From: a virus
Lineage: Duplodnaviria; Caudoviricetes
Virus record (IMG/VR): IMGVR_UViG_3300033512_000421
Span: 1 to 30,149 of that record
DNA length: 30,149 nt
Direction: 5' to 3' (one strand)
Positions 1-8,430 of this stretch are shown piece by piece; the stretch's first letter is position 1; each line of letters starts with the position of its first letter. The notes beneath the pieces were generated by a model. It had not been told where the DNA came from. It made no database searches and worked only from the letters and a program-made list of their open reading frames with translations. A program made the translations under genes and the position numbers.

Positions 1-1
1 G

Positions 2-58
2 ATTATGGAATTGACTGGTTTAACACAGGGTGAGATTGAAAGTTTGATGCTCAATTGA
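2..58 (+). CDS. 3' end of an Rpn/PD-(D/E)XK family gene (partial, runs off the left edge)
   Basis: Frame 2 reads IMELTGLTQGEIESLMLN*, closely matching the C-terminus of 1767..2687 (IMATTGLTQVEIESMTLN*). Confidence 0.75.
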   Translation: MMELTGLTQGEIESLMLN

Positions 59-71
59 TTGGAAATAGAGA

Positions 72-1028
72 ATGAATGAAACACTACATGATAAAGGCTA
101 TAAACGCTTGTTTTCTAACAAGCTTATTTTTCAGCAGTTAATTACCACTTTTGTGACTGAGGATTGGGTCAAAGAGTGTGATTTTGAGCAGTGCCAAAAA
201 ATTGATAAATCGTTTATTTCCGAGCATTATAAAGAAACCGAAAGTGATATTATTTATCAAGTTAAATTTAAAAACAACAATGCTTATATTTATTTGTTGT
301 TAGAGTTTCAGTCTTCCGTATCGTGGTATATGGCATTACGAATGCTAAACTATGTCAGCAATTTTTACATGGATTATATTGAAGCACATAAAAGCGCGAG
401 AAAATTACCGCCGTTATTTCCGTTAGTTTTATATAATGGGGATGATAAATGGACAGCAGCAACGGATTTTAGAGATTTATTGGAAAAACCTGATTTATTA
501 AAACACTACGCGCCGCAATTGCATTATTTTAAAATTGCGGAAAATGAATATTCAACTGAAAGTTTACTGGAAATTAGCAATTTAGTTTCAACGTTATTTT
601 TAAGTGAAAGAAGTAATGATATTGCGTTAATTAAATCACAATTACTCGCTTTATTTAAGAGCAAGGAAGATAAGCAAGCCATTTCTATTTTATTAAACTG
701 GTTTGTGCAACTTGCTTTGCGCGGCAAAAAATCACGCAATGATTATCAAGAACTGGAACATATTTATCAATCTGAAGAAGAGGCGAAAACCATGTTAGAA
801 ACAACTTTGAATCAGTATGGAAAAACTTTTTTTATTGAAGGAAAAGCAGAAGGAATAGTAGAGGGACAATCAAAAACGTTAATTTTGTTATTGGAGGAGC
901 GTTTTGGGTGTTTATCAGTGAAACAAAAAGAGATGATTTGTCAGTTTAATGAGGCTGATTTTACGCAGGTGTTTAAAAAACTTTTTAGTGTAAAAAGCGT
1001 AGATGAAATTCTTAAAGTTGGTAATTAA
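72..1028 (+). CDS. Rpn family recombination-promoting nuclease/putative transposase (YhgA-like PD-(D/E)XK), long form
   Basis: HDKGYKRLFS start, ESDIIY and LLLEFQS (D...ExQ catalytic motif), MALRMLNY, LPPLFPLVLYNG, and a EGKAEG...LLEERFG C-terminal tail. Confidence 0.9.
   Translation: MNETLHDKGYKRLFSNKLIFQQLITTFVTEDWVKECDFEQCQKIDKSFISEHYKETESDIIYQVKFKNNNAYIYLLLEFQSSVSWYMALRMLNYVSNFYMDYIEAHKSARKLPPLFPLVLYNGDDKWTAATDFRDLLEKPDLLKHYAPQLHYFKIAENEYSTESLLEISNLVSTLFLSERSNDIALIKSQLLALFKSKEDKQAISILLNWFVQLALRGKKSRNDYQELEHIYQSEEEAKTMLETTLNQYGKTFFIEGKAEGIVEGQSKTLILLLEERFGCLSVKQKEMICQFNEADFTQVFKKLFSVKSVDEILKVGN
792..1028 (+). CDS. Putative intragenic RpnS antitoxin (internal in-frame start)
   Basis: GAAGAGG ribosome-binding site upstream of the in-frame ATG at 792 (MLETTLNQ...). 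Internal-start RpnS proteins are established for this family. Confidence 0.6.
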   Translation: MLETTLNQYGKTFFIEGKAEGIVEGQSKTLILLLEERFGCLSVKQKEMICQFNEADFTQVFKKLFSVKSVDEILKVGN

Positions 1029-1030
1029 AA

Positions 1031-1483
1031 ATGTCAGATTATGATGATGGGTTTGAAAAAATTTACCAAACTAAAGAGGAGTTTGAAGCTGCGCTAAACG
1101 AAATAGTAGAGCAGTATCATCAAAATCGTATTATGGATGAAAAAGAGAAGAAGCTAAAGCCAGAAATAAAGCAAAGAAAAATTGAAAGCCCACCTTTTTG
1201 TTCTGATAATGAGGCGAAAACCATGTTAGAAACAACTTTGAATCAGTATGGAAAAACTTTTTTTATTGAAGGAAAGGAAGAGGGAATACAAAAAGGTATA
1301 CAAAAAGGCATACAAAAGGGAAAAATTGAAACATTAATTTTGTTATTAGAGGAACGGTTTGGGTGTTTATCGCTTAAACAAAAGGAAATGATTTGCCAGT
1401 TTAATGAGGGAGATTTTACGCAGGCGTTTAAGCGGTTGTTTAGTATTGAAAGGTTGGATGATATTTTTACAGTGGATGATTGA
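1031..1483 (+). CDS. Orphan Rpn C-terminal (RpnS-like) protein without a nuclease domain
   Basis: From EAKTMLETT onward it duplicates the C-terminus of 72..1028, including the RBS+ATG (ATG at 1223), with extra IQKG repeats. Confidence 0.7.
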   Translation: MSDYDDGFEKIYQTKEEFEAALNEIVEQYHQNRIMDEKEKKLKPEIKQRKIESPPFCSDNEAKTMLETTLNQYGKTFFIEGKEEGIQKGIQKGIQKGKIETLILLLEERFGCLSLKQKEMICQFNEGDFTQAFKRLFSIERLDDIFTVDD

Positions 1484-1503
1484 ATTTGTTGTTTACGCTA
1501 GGG

Positions 1504-1670
1504 AAAACGGACAATGAAAAAATAATCCTGTCCGCATTTTTCCCCCGCCACTGTTTGCACTAACCCTCTAACTATTTTTTAGCTTAACCCTTTTATTGTA
1601 CAGGGATTTCTTATAGACTGAACTCTGAAGTTATGCGCGAATAATTTTGGAAGCAGCGGCTCTGTCAAGT
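1504..1670. repeat. ~167-bp intergenic repeat, copy 1
   Basis: Near-identical to 2693-2860. Begins with the hairpin CGGACA...TGTCCG. Weaker similarity continues to ~1727. Confidence 0.9.
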
Positions 1671-1766
1671 GACAAAATAGCTTAAAAAATAAGCCCCCTT
1701 TTATCAAGTCGTTTTTTGCATCCAAAGATAACAAATTGAAATATAACTAACTTTTGGAGAATAATC

Positions 1767-2687
1767 ATGGCAACTAAAAATAGAAAATTAATTAGTTTTG
1801 ATTGGGCAATCAAGAAAATTTTGCGCAGTAAAGCTAATTTTGAAGTATTAGAAGGATTTTTAAGCGAATTATTGTTTGAAGATATAAAAATTATCGAAGT
1901 TTTAGAATCTGAAAGCAATAAGGAATTTAAAGAGGATAAATTTAATCGGGTGGATATTAAAGTTAAAAACTCTAAAGATGAGATTGTATTAATTGAGATT
2001 CAATATGATAGAGAGCTAGATTATCTACAGCGAATGCTTTATGCAGCCTCAAAAATCATTGTTGAACATATTAAAGAAAGTGAAGCGTATTCAAAAATAG
2101 TGAAAGTTATTTCGATTAATATTCTCTATTTTAATTTTGGTGAAGGCGATGATTATATTTACAAAGGCACGACTTCATTTATTGGATTACATAATCACAG
2201 CAAATTAAAATTAAATCCAAAACAGGTAGAATTGTATAAAACAGACATAGTAGAGGCAATTTATCCTGAGTATTATTTAATCAGAATTAATAATTTCAAC
2301 GATATTGCTAAAGATACTTTAGATCAGTGGATTTATTTTTTAAAAAATGAAGAAATTAAGGATGATTTTAAAGCGAAAGGATTAAATAAGGCGAAAGAGG
2401 TGTTGGATTATTTGAAATGTTCCGAAGAAGAAAAACAAGAATATGAACATTATAAAGAATTATTACATGCTCAAGCGAGTATGTATGAGTCAACTTATGT
2501 AGTTGGAAAAATGGAGGGTGAAAAAAAAGGCAAAATAGAGGGCAAAATAGAGGGCAAAATAGAAGGGAAAATGGAGCGGACTTTGGAAATTGCCAGAGCC
2601 TTAAAAGCACAAAATATTGCGGTGGCGGTTATTATGGCAACTACGGGTTTAACGCAGGTTGAAATTGAAAGTATGACGCTAAATTGA
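1767..2687 (+). CDS. Rpn family PD-(D/E)XK nuclease/putative transposase (second subfamily)
   Basis: FDWAIKKILR, RVDIKV...VLIEIQ catalytic motif, LDQWIYFLKN, 12-bp GKIE repeats and a helix-turn-helix-like tail (TGLTQVEIE). Confidence 0.9.
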   Translation: MATKNRKLISFDWAIKKILRSKANFEVLEGFLSELLFEDIKIIEVLESESNKEFKEDKFNRVDIKVKNSKDEIVLIEIQYDRELDYLQRMLYAASKIIVEHIKESEAYSKIVKVISINILYFNFGEGDDYIYKGTTSFIGLHNHSKLKLNPKQVELYKTDIVEAIYPEYYLIRINNFNDIAKDTLDQWIYFLKNEEIKDDFKAKGLNKAKEVLDYLKCSEEEKQEYEHYKELLHAQASMYESTYVVGKMEGEKKGKIEGKIEGKIEGKMERTLEIARALKAQNIAVAVIMATTGLTQVEIESMTLN

Positions 2688-2692
2688 TTGGA

Positions 2693-2860
2693 AAAACGGA
2701 CAATGAAAAAAATAATCCTGTCCGCATTTTTACCCCGCCACTGTTTACACTAGCCCTCTAACTATTTTTTAGCTCAACCCTTTTATTATACAGGGATTTC
2801 TTATAGACTGAACTCTGAAGTTATGAGCTAGTAATTTTAGGAGCAGCGGCTATGTCAAGT
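2693..2860. repeat. ~167-bp intergenic repeat, copy 2
   Basis: Near-identical to 1504-1670. Weaker similarity continues to ~2921. Confidence 0.9.
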
Positions 2861-3003
2861 CAAGTCAAGAAACAGCTTAAGGGTAACTTACTGTTTGTCA
2901 AGCTGTTTTTTCATCCGAAAGTGGAGAGTGGATAGGTCGTGTTCAGTCACGCAATTTACGCTTTAACACTAAAACAAATTTAATTAATTTTTGGAGATGA
3001 AAA

Positions 3004-3909
3004 ATGGCAACACAATTAACTTTAAGAGCAGGTACAAAACCTGTGGAAGGCGGCGCAAACGGTTCATTTGTAATTGATTTGAGCGCAGCGGCAACATCGG
3101 ATTTAACGGTAAATTTTAATCCCACAGGGACGGCAACACTTGGCACAGATTACAGTTTTAGTTTAACGGTCGGTTCAACCACCACGGCTATTACGGGCAA
3201 TAGTTTTGTACTGCCAACGGGAACGACAACCGCGACTTTAAATGTGATTGCAAAAGCCGATAGCGTCACAGACCCGAATGAAACCGTTACAGTTAATTTA
3301 ATGGCAGGAACAGGTTATGACTTAGCAGGTATGAATACGTTGTTTGCGCCTAAAGTTGATTTTACAGTAGGTGTAGGTTCTCGCTCTGTTAGTGTGGGCG
3401 ATTTCAATCATGATGGAAAACTCGATTTAGCCACAGTTAATTGGTCTAGTGAAACACTTTCAGTTTTGTATCGTAACGATGATAACATTGAAAATAAGTT
3501 CCCTAATAATGCTGGATTTGCTAATGAAGTCCATTTCACAACAGGTGCAAAACCTTATTCAGTTAGTGCGGGTGATTTTAACAATGATTCCTGGCTCGAT
3601 TTAGCTGTCGCCAATAAACATAGTAATTCAATTTCAGTATTTATGGGTAGCAGTAAAGGCTTTTCTACTTCTAGCGAATATGCAACGAACTATTCACCCT
3701 ATTCGGTTACTTCAGGGGATTTTAATCAAGATGGTTTTCTTGACATGGTTACAACCAATTCAAGCGGTGGAATTTCTGTGTTATTAAATAAAGGAGGCAA
3801 TGGCTTTACTAAATATGATTATGCTATAACGGGAAGTGTATATCCTTATTCAGTTACTGTGGCTGATCTCAATGATTGCTTTGTAAATAAGTTGACCTTT
3901 TTTCGTTAA
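3004..3909 (+). pseudogene. Calx-beta plus FG-GAP/VCBS repeat surface protein, truncated by the element insertion
   Basis: Calx-beta-like N-terminus (GTATLGTDY, DSVTDPNETVTVNL) and repeats GDFNHDGKLDLA, GDFNNDSWLDLA, GDFNQDGFLDMV. The fourth repeat breaks at VADLN(D) into unrelated CFVNKLTFFR*. Confidence 0.85.
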
Positions 3910-4135
3910 ATCCCATTTTTAACAATTTTCCCATAAGTCTTTGTTTTTATTTATATCTGCCAAAAAAGAAGTTTAATACAGAACTTTTTTAAAAAGTTGA
4001 CCTAGCTATTTTTAGCGAGCAGTCGAACTTGAAAGAAAGTTGACCTTTGTTGTTTTTATTGCAGTCGAACTTGAAAGAAAGTTGACCTTTGTTGTTTTTA
4101 TTGCAGTCGAACTTGAAAGAAAGTTGACCTTTGTT
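3873..4135 (+). repeat. Putative element terminus with five transposase-binding-site-like repeats
   Basis: AAGTTGACCT at 3889, 3994, 4037, 4079 and 4121. The last three lie in a perfect 42-bp tandem unit (starts 4019, 4061, 4103; third copy 33 bp). TG dinucleotides at 3873 and 3877 coincide with the host-gene break. Confidence 0.8.
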
Positions 4136-5025
4136 TATCCTTCTAAACTCGACAAATACAACTGACTATACTGCTCACTCCCTGTTCCATCCGAACCACT
4201 TTCAAATACATGACACGCCGTCACAATAGCCAACGGCTTTGCTCCTTGAATATCAATCAAATCACCGCCAGCGATTCTTAAATCATAGGCAATTTGAGCT
4301 TTCTTGCGGTGTACTAAGCACCTCCCCATGTTTTGCAGTTGCTGAAGGTTTTTATGTGGCACAAATTGCATTTTACGGGTTTTGTCTTGATTACCGTAAA
4401 TCATTTGCCCAGAGTCATCGGTTGAATAGAACGTAGGGATTTCATGACGCTCTAAAAAGCCACTGTTAGTATTGGACATGGCGTTATCAGGCAAGGACAT
4501 AATAGGCTTTTGTTTAAATAAATCCTGCAAGCGCACAAAAGATAGTTTGCCGTTTTTCCACCGCACCACGCCACCTTGTTCTTGTAAGGCTTGGGCAATA
4601 AGCGCGGTTGGGTAGCTGCCAGAGTAACAATAAAACCGATTGATGGCAAAATCAGAATCAATTGTTTTTAAGGTCGCACCCGTGGCTCTATAAATTTCAG
4701 ACAGCGTGATTTTTTCTTTTACGATAGCTGTTTTTCGTACAAAACCCGCAGTATGCACGTTATCTAAAAACGCCATGATTTCAACAGACTTTTGCTCTTT
4801 TGCGCCTTGCGATTGCCGATTGTTAGCTACCTTTGCTTTTACGATGTAAAACTTATCGCCATTTGCAGCAACTATTTTTCCTTCTGTTAATAGTTTTTGA
4901 AGCCCATCATCAATGCGAATAATAGCATGAAGTGTAGCAGGAATTGGGGCTAGGTCATTGCGTAACACAGCAAGCTTTATCAAGTCACCGCGTAGATTTT
5001 TACCGTCAGATAGGGTGATTATCAT
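4135..5025 (-). CDS. Putative baseplate hub/tail protein
   Basis: 296 aa, beta-rich, in the tail module. Size and layout fit gp27/gpD-like hubs (inference). Confidence 0.5.
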   Translation of the reverse strand: MIITLSDGKNLRGDLIKLAVLRNDLAPIPATLHAIIRIDDGLQKLLTEGKIVAANGDKFYIVKAKVANNRQSQGAKEQKSVEIMAFLDNVHTAGFVRKTAIVKEKITLSEIYRATGATLKTIDSDFAINRFYCYSGSYPTALIAQALQEQGGVVRWKNGKLSFVRLQDLFKQKPIMSLPDNAMSNTNSGFLERHEIPTFYSTDDSGQMIYGNQDKTRKMQFVPHKNLQQLQNMGRCLVHRKKAQIAYDLRIAGGDLIDIQGAKPLAIVTACHVFESGSDGTGSEQYSQLYLSSLEG

Positions 5026-5038
5026 TGTATTTTTCCAT

Positions 5039-5062
5039 AAAAAAACCGCTATGACAGCGGCT
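5039..5062 (-). terminator. Intrinsic terminator-like hairpin after the adenine methyltransferase
   Basis: CCGCT-N5-AGCGG stem followed by a T-run on the minus strand. Confidence 0.55.
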
Positions 5063-5569
5063 TTAGTTAGTTTGATTGGTTATTTTAATTAGAAAGCCTT
5101 TGTTACTCATTCGCTCCAGTGCCTGTACGTTTTCAAGCCCCCACGCTATTAACATAGAGCCGCACCCTGCCCCGCTTCCACTGGTAACACCCAAGCCATC
5201 AACAAATTTAATTCGCTGCTTAACGAAGAGGATAGCATCAGCTTTGGTAACGTAATTATGAAACCAGTTACAATCGGTTCGGGCAAAAACCAAGGCTAAA
5301 CCATTGCGGTGATGGTGCATTTTTTCAAGCCATTGCTCGGTATGCTTGCCATACGGCGGGTTTAGCCATACCCGACCAAACCATTCTGAAATTAGACCAT
5401 CTCTAAAAATATCGTAATGCTGCTTTGCAGGAATCCACGCTACACCGCCAGTTGGTGCAGCAGGGTCTAAGTCAAACTCAATCCCTAACTGGTCAAATAT
5501 CCAGTGCGGCGTGTACCATTCGATAGATTTGTTAACTACACTGTCATGTGTGAATCCGTTAGCCTTCAA
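5063..5569 (-). CDS. Phage DNA N6-adenine methyltransferase
   Basis: EWYTP, FDLDPA, W.GRVWLNPPYG (NPPY catalytic motif), ARTD..WF and RIKF. Confidence 0.9.
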   Translation of the reverse strand: MKANGFTHDSVVNKSIEWYTPHWIFDQLGIEFDLDPAAPTGGVAWIPAKQHYDIFRDGLISEWFGRVWLNPPYGKHTEQWLEKMHHHRNGLALVFARTDCNWFHNYVTKADAILFVKQRIKFVDGLGVTSGSGAGCGSMLIAWGLENVQALERMSNKGFLIKITNQTN

Positions 5570-5980
5570 TCAAACTGTCCTTACTACTTGAAAAAAGGCT
5601 TTAACAGGCATTTCTGACTCGTATTGCGTTATATCACTTATCACCTCAGCAGCAGAACGTCCGTAGGGGTCAATGCCCATGCCGCGACTTGCTTCAAGCT
5701 GTAACGCATTTTCGCGTTCTATATATAATAAGAATAAGGGGCGGATAATAGTCCATTCTGACCAGCTAATTTCAGTTAGCTCATCAATGGGTGGGTAAGG
5801 TATAGGCGGGTCAGGCGCGGGGTCGGGAATCGGAATTGCTAAATGCGCTTCTAAATCCGCATATCCCGCGTAAAAATTAATCGCAGCAAGGCACTGGGCT
5901 AAAATTACAGTCCCGTCAAGCAATGTGCCGACTGGACGCTCATTAGCAAAGCGAGCAACTAATTCAGTTATTGCGACCAT
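5570..5980 (-). CDS. Conserved virion morphogenesis protein, function unknown
   Basis: Tightly coupled downstream of the tube gene in a late operon. No catalytic motif recognised. Confidence 0.5.
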   Translation of the reverse strand: MVAITELVARFANERPVGTLLDGTVILAQCLAAINFYAGYADLEAHLAIPIPDPAPDPPIPYPPIDELTEISWSEWTIIRPLFLLYIERENALQLEASRGMGIDPYGRSAAEVISDITQYESEMPVKAFFQVVRTV

Positions 5981-5982
5981 TT

Positions 5983-6480
5983 TTAGATGGTAGGTGAGTT
6001 GCCTGGGATGGTTTCACCAAAGTAATGGTAAAACATCGTTCCACTAAACGTTAAAACTTGACTGCGGTTTTCCCAGTCTGTATCGGGGGTATCAATTTGA
6101 ACAAAACAATCTTTGATGCGCTTGCCTTGAATGAACTTGCTGGGTACACCGTGATAGATTTTAGCGTTAAAAAAACCGCCTTTAGCGATTAAATCAACCA
6201 ATAGCTTATCAGCACTACCCGCCATTGTTTCATAAAATGAAATCGGCGATTGCTGATTAACCTTAACCTGTTGTTGCTCCCATTGCCCACTTCCTAAAGG
6301 CATGGGGATTTCTATCTCGCCTTGAGCCGAAAGAACGGGCCACGGACATTGCTTAGTTAGCAAGTGCATACTCTCAAAACCTTCAATTTCAATCGTGTAA
6401 TCAGAACTGATGGCTTTTCGACCCATATCAGTGATTTTGTCGTAAAAACCTTTTAAATAACTACCATTATTTGTTGCCAT
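5983..6480 (-). CDS. Tail tube/baseplate protein, P1 BplB-like
   Basis: 165 aa. The pattern YLKG.Y....G.KAISSDY.I.IEG.E...ET..G...DC....D..D...E...V.......Y.YF parallels P1 BplB as recalled. Confidence 0.75.
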   Translation of the reverse strand: MATNNGSYLKGFYDKITDMGRKAISSDYTIEIEGFESMHLLTKQCPWPVLSAQGEIEIPMPLGSGQWEQQQVKVNQQSPISFYETMAGSADKLLVDLIAKGGFFNAKIYHGVPSKFIQGKRIKDCFVQIDTPDTDWENRSQVLTFSGTMFYHYFGETIPGNSPTI

Positions 6481-6510
6481 TGCTACTTCCTCTAAGTTTA
6501 GCTTTTCAAA

Positions 6511-6550
6511 AGTATATGCTTCTAAACAACGGGTTTTCTTTGTTTTTCCT
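6511..6550 (-). promoter_or_regulatory. Putative phage late promoter (GGAAAAAC box plus -10 TATACT)
   Basis: Minus-strand AGGAAAAACA, with TATACT starting 33 bp after the first G. Same layout upstream of the capsid and portal genes. Confidence 0.65.
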
Positions 6551-6578
6551 GCTTAATATTAAATGATTAAAAAAAACA

Positions 6579-6630
6579 TTGACGTGTGACAGTCACAGAG
6601 TGTATTCTATATCTACTGTGACAGTCACAG
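6579..6630 (+). promoter_or_regulatory. Sigma70-type promoter with two palindromic operators TGTGACAGTCACA
   Basis: TTGACG (6579-6584), 18-bp spacer, TATTCT (6603-6608). Identical 13-bp palindromes at 6585-6597 and 6617-6629. AGGAG RBS at 6648. Confidence 0.8.
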
Positions 6631-6660
6631 CTATTTTAATACTTTTTAGGAGTAACAATA

Positions 6661-8052
6661 ATGAGTAAAAATAAAAAAGTGAAAAAGGCGATGAAAAAAG
6701 CAATGTCTGGGTTATTAGCTGCTTTTCCTGATAAAAACGAGCAGGATTTAGTTGACAATAAGGTTTATGAAAATGAAAAATACAAAGGGTTGGATTTCCC
6801 TGTTCTGCACACGGTAGAAGCGGATGTGGCGCAAACCCATTATTTTGCTATCAGAAAAGACCCTGCAAAACCGATTAGTTCCGCTGTGGATTGTTGCTTT
6901 ATCAATTGTATTCAGTTTTACGATTTAGGCTCACGCAGACTAATGGCGATTAATGGCTGTTTTGGTGAAAGCTATGAAAATTCGGTGGATATTTTTAATA
7001 AATTCATTTTGGAAAACCAGTTTACTGAAACGGGCATCGGAATCAAATTAGGTAACTTGAACGGTTTTTTAAATCTACAGTGTTGCATAAAAGAGATAAA
7101 TAAGCGGTATGCACAACCCGATGGCTTTGCTTTTTTAGAGGATTACGCAAGAGCTGGAACACTCAAAGATAACGCGCATTTAGACAGTTCGCGCCGCGCT
7201 TTTTGCATATTTGAGCTTTCGGTTATTGAGTATTATAAAAAGCATAACAAAGTGGTAGGGACATTCAAAAGACGTAGAAGCAACGACTCACTTTTTGCAC
7301 AATACGAAGTTACTATGATAGATATATCGCTGGAGGAGTTTAAAGAAAGCGGACTTTTAGAAGAATATCAGAGCAAACACAATAATAGCAATCATCGGTT
7401 TGCTGAAAACGGGTGGCAAAAAACCTGGATTCCCAATGTTAAGTATGACGCGCACTTGAAACTACATCCTGTTTTTAATTTTACCGAAGAGGATGCGCTT
7501 AGAAACAGTGTTCTTGGGTACACAAAACAAAAGGCAGTGGTCAACAAAGAGGGATTAATAACCTTTGAGAAATTGAGGTATTCAGTTCCACAAGATGCTG
7601 ACTTTAGCCGCACAAACCCAACCCCTGTTTATATATGCAATATAGGGAATGGGTTGTTAGCTGTTTTTTCAGTGGTAAACGAGCAATTTATTTGCTATGC
7701 CACTGTATCAAAAGCTGCTACGCTAATGGCTTCAAAATACGAAGCAATCAAAGCCGTAGTAGCAGTAAGTGGCGCGTACAGAGCAATTTGTAAGCAATTT
7801 GAGAAAATCGCCTTGCCGATTAATGAAAAAGTGTTAAAAGACTTGGTAGAGCAAGGGCTAACTAATGAGATTGTAGCAACCATTCTTGCAAACAATCCTG
7901 ATGTAAAAACAGATGGCGGCTCTGATAAGAACGGGCGTAGATGGCTCTATTTTTGCATGAACGCAAAGGATATATTATGGCAACTCCAGCTTGCGAAAGA
8001 AAAAAATCCTCCCGTAAACGGCGGTCTCACAACGGGTTGTTTAGAGCTGTAG
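6661..8052 (+). CDS. DDE transposase/integrase-like protein: catalytic core plus Mu-C-like domain, apparently inactive and lacking an N-terminal DNA-binding domain
   Basis: VEAD55, FYDLGSRRL (D..SR motif of rve cores), KLG131NLNGFLNL at the DNG-like position, KDNAHLD175SS at the K...E position, Y..KHN..NH, and VNKEGLITFEKLRYSVP. Confidence 0.7.
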   Translation: MSKNKKVKKAMKKAMSGLLAAFPDKNEQDLVDNKVYENEKYKGLDFPVLHTVEADVAQTHYFAIRKDPAKPISSAVDCCFINCIQFYDLGSRRLMAINGCFGESYENSVDIFNKFILENQFTETGIGIKLGNLNGFLNLQCCIKEINKRYAQPDGFAFLEDYARAGTLKDNAHLDSSRRAFCIFELSVIEYYKKHNKVVGTFKRRRSNDSLFAQYEVTMIDISLEEFKESGLLEEYQSKHNNSNHRFAENGWQKTWIPNVKYDAHLKLHPVFNFTEEDALRNSVLGYTKQKAVVNKEGLITFEKLRYSVPQDADFSRTNPTPVYICNIGNGLLAVFSVVNEQFICYATVSKAATLMASKYEAIKAVVAVSGAYRAICKQFEKIALPINEKVLKDLVEQGLTNEIVATILANNPDVKTDGGSDKNGRRWLYFCMNAKDILWQLQLAKEKNPPVNGGLTTGCLEL

Positions 8053-8165
8053 AAGTTTATGTTCATTCAGACGATATGGAAGAACTGCGTGAATTTGAAC
8101 GTAAGATGCAGCAAAAGTGGCTAGTGCAGTCGCAACCCAGCAACAGCCTTGACAACAACATTTAA
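7977..8165 (+). CDS. Small basic DNA-binding protein, candidate autorepressor
   Basis: AAGGA RBS before ATG 7977. MATPACERKKSSRKRR..NGLFRAVEVYVHSDD fits small phage ribbon-helix-type regulators. Confidence 0.55.
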   Translation: MATPACERKKSSRKRRSHNGLFRAVEVYVHSDDMEELREFERKMQQKWLVQSQPSNSLDNNI

Positions 8166-8430
8166 CCCCTTAATCACGCCATTGATGCGCTCCACAATGG
8201 CGTTTTGGGTTTTTGCCTCATAGTCTTTGTATTGCCGCCAATTATCAAATGCCTTACTTTTAAACACCTTTTGTGCCGTGCTTACTGGCATCGCAAGGGC
8301 TTGGTCAAGCGGGGTGTTAAAATACAGGCTTAAATTAACTGCCTCATTTAGCAACGATTCCGATAAAGTCTCGCGCTGTTCTCGATAAGAGCTTTGAAAC
8401 TGGAAATCGCGCTGGAGGTAAACTGCCATC
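8121..8430 (-). CDS. Tail assembly chaperone C-terminal ORF, possibly expressed by frameshift from 8344..9096
   Basis: Overlaps the upstream ORF in the +1 frame. NLSLYFNTPLDQALAMPVS resembles GT-type chaperone extensions. True start uncertain. Confidence 0.55.

Noticed and set aside
780-1445. Diversity-generating retroelement template/variable repeat pair
   Set aside because: There is no reverse transcriptase in the window, and the differences include repeat-number indels and are not confined to adenines.
72-2687. Rpn genes as the transposase that mobilises the prophage
   Set aside because: They lie outside the junction, are PD-(D/E)XK nucleases rather than DDE enzymes, and have no established transposition activity.
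3889-4130. Plasmid replication iterons (P1 incA/incC-like)
   Set aside because: Disfavoured rather than excluded: there is no rep gene or DnaA-box cluster nearby, and the first site coincides with the host-gene break at a TG.
4019-4135. CRISPR array (repeat contains ...TTGAAAG)
   Set aside because: The units are identical 42-mers with no unique spacers, and no cas genes are present.
5030-5036. Fourth GGAAAAA late-promoter box (also at 29963-29970)
   Set aside because: Both are within ~10 bp of a start codon and are better explained as ribosome-binding sites.
6585-6629. CRP-binding sites
   Set aside because: The TGTGA and TCACA half-sites are separated by 3 bp rather than the 6 bp CRP needs.
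6661-8052. Independent IS element inserted in the prophage
   Set aside because: No terminal inverted repeats or target duplication are visible around it, the triad is degenerate, and it has its own operator-controlled promoter.
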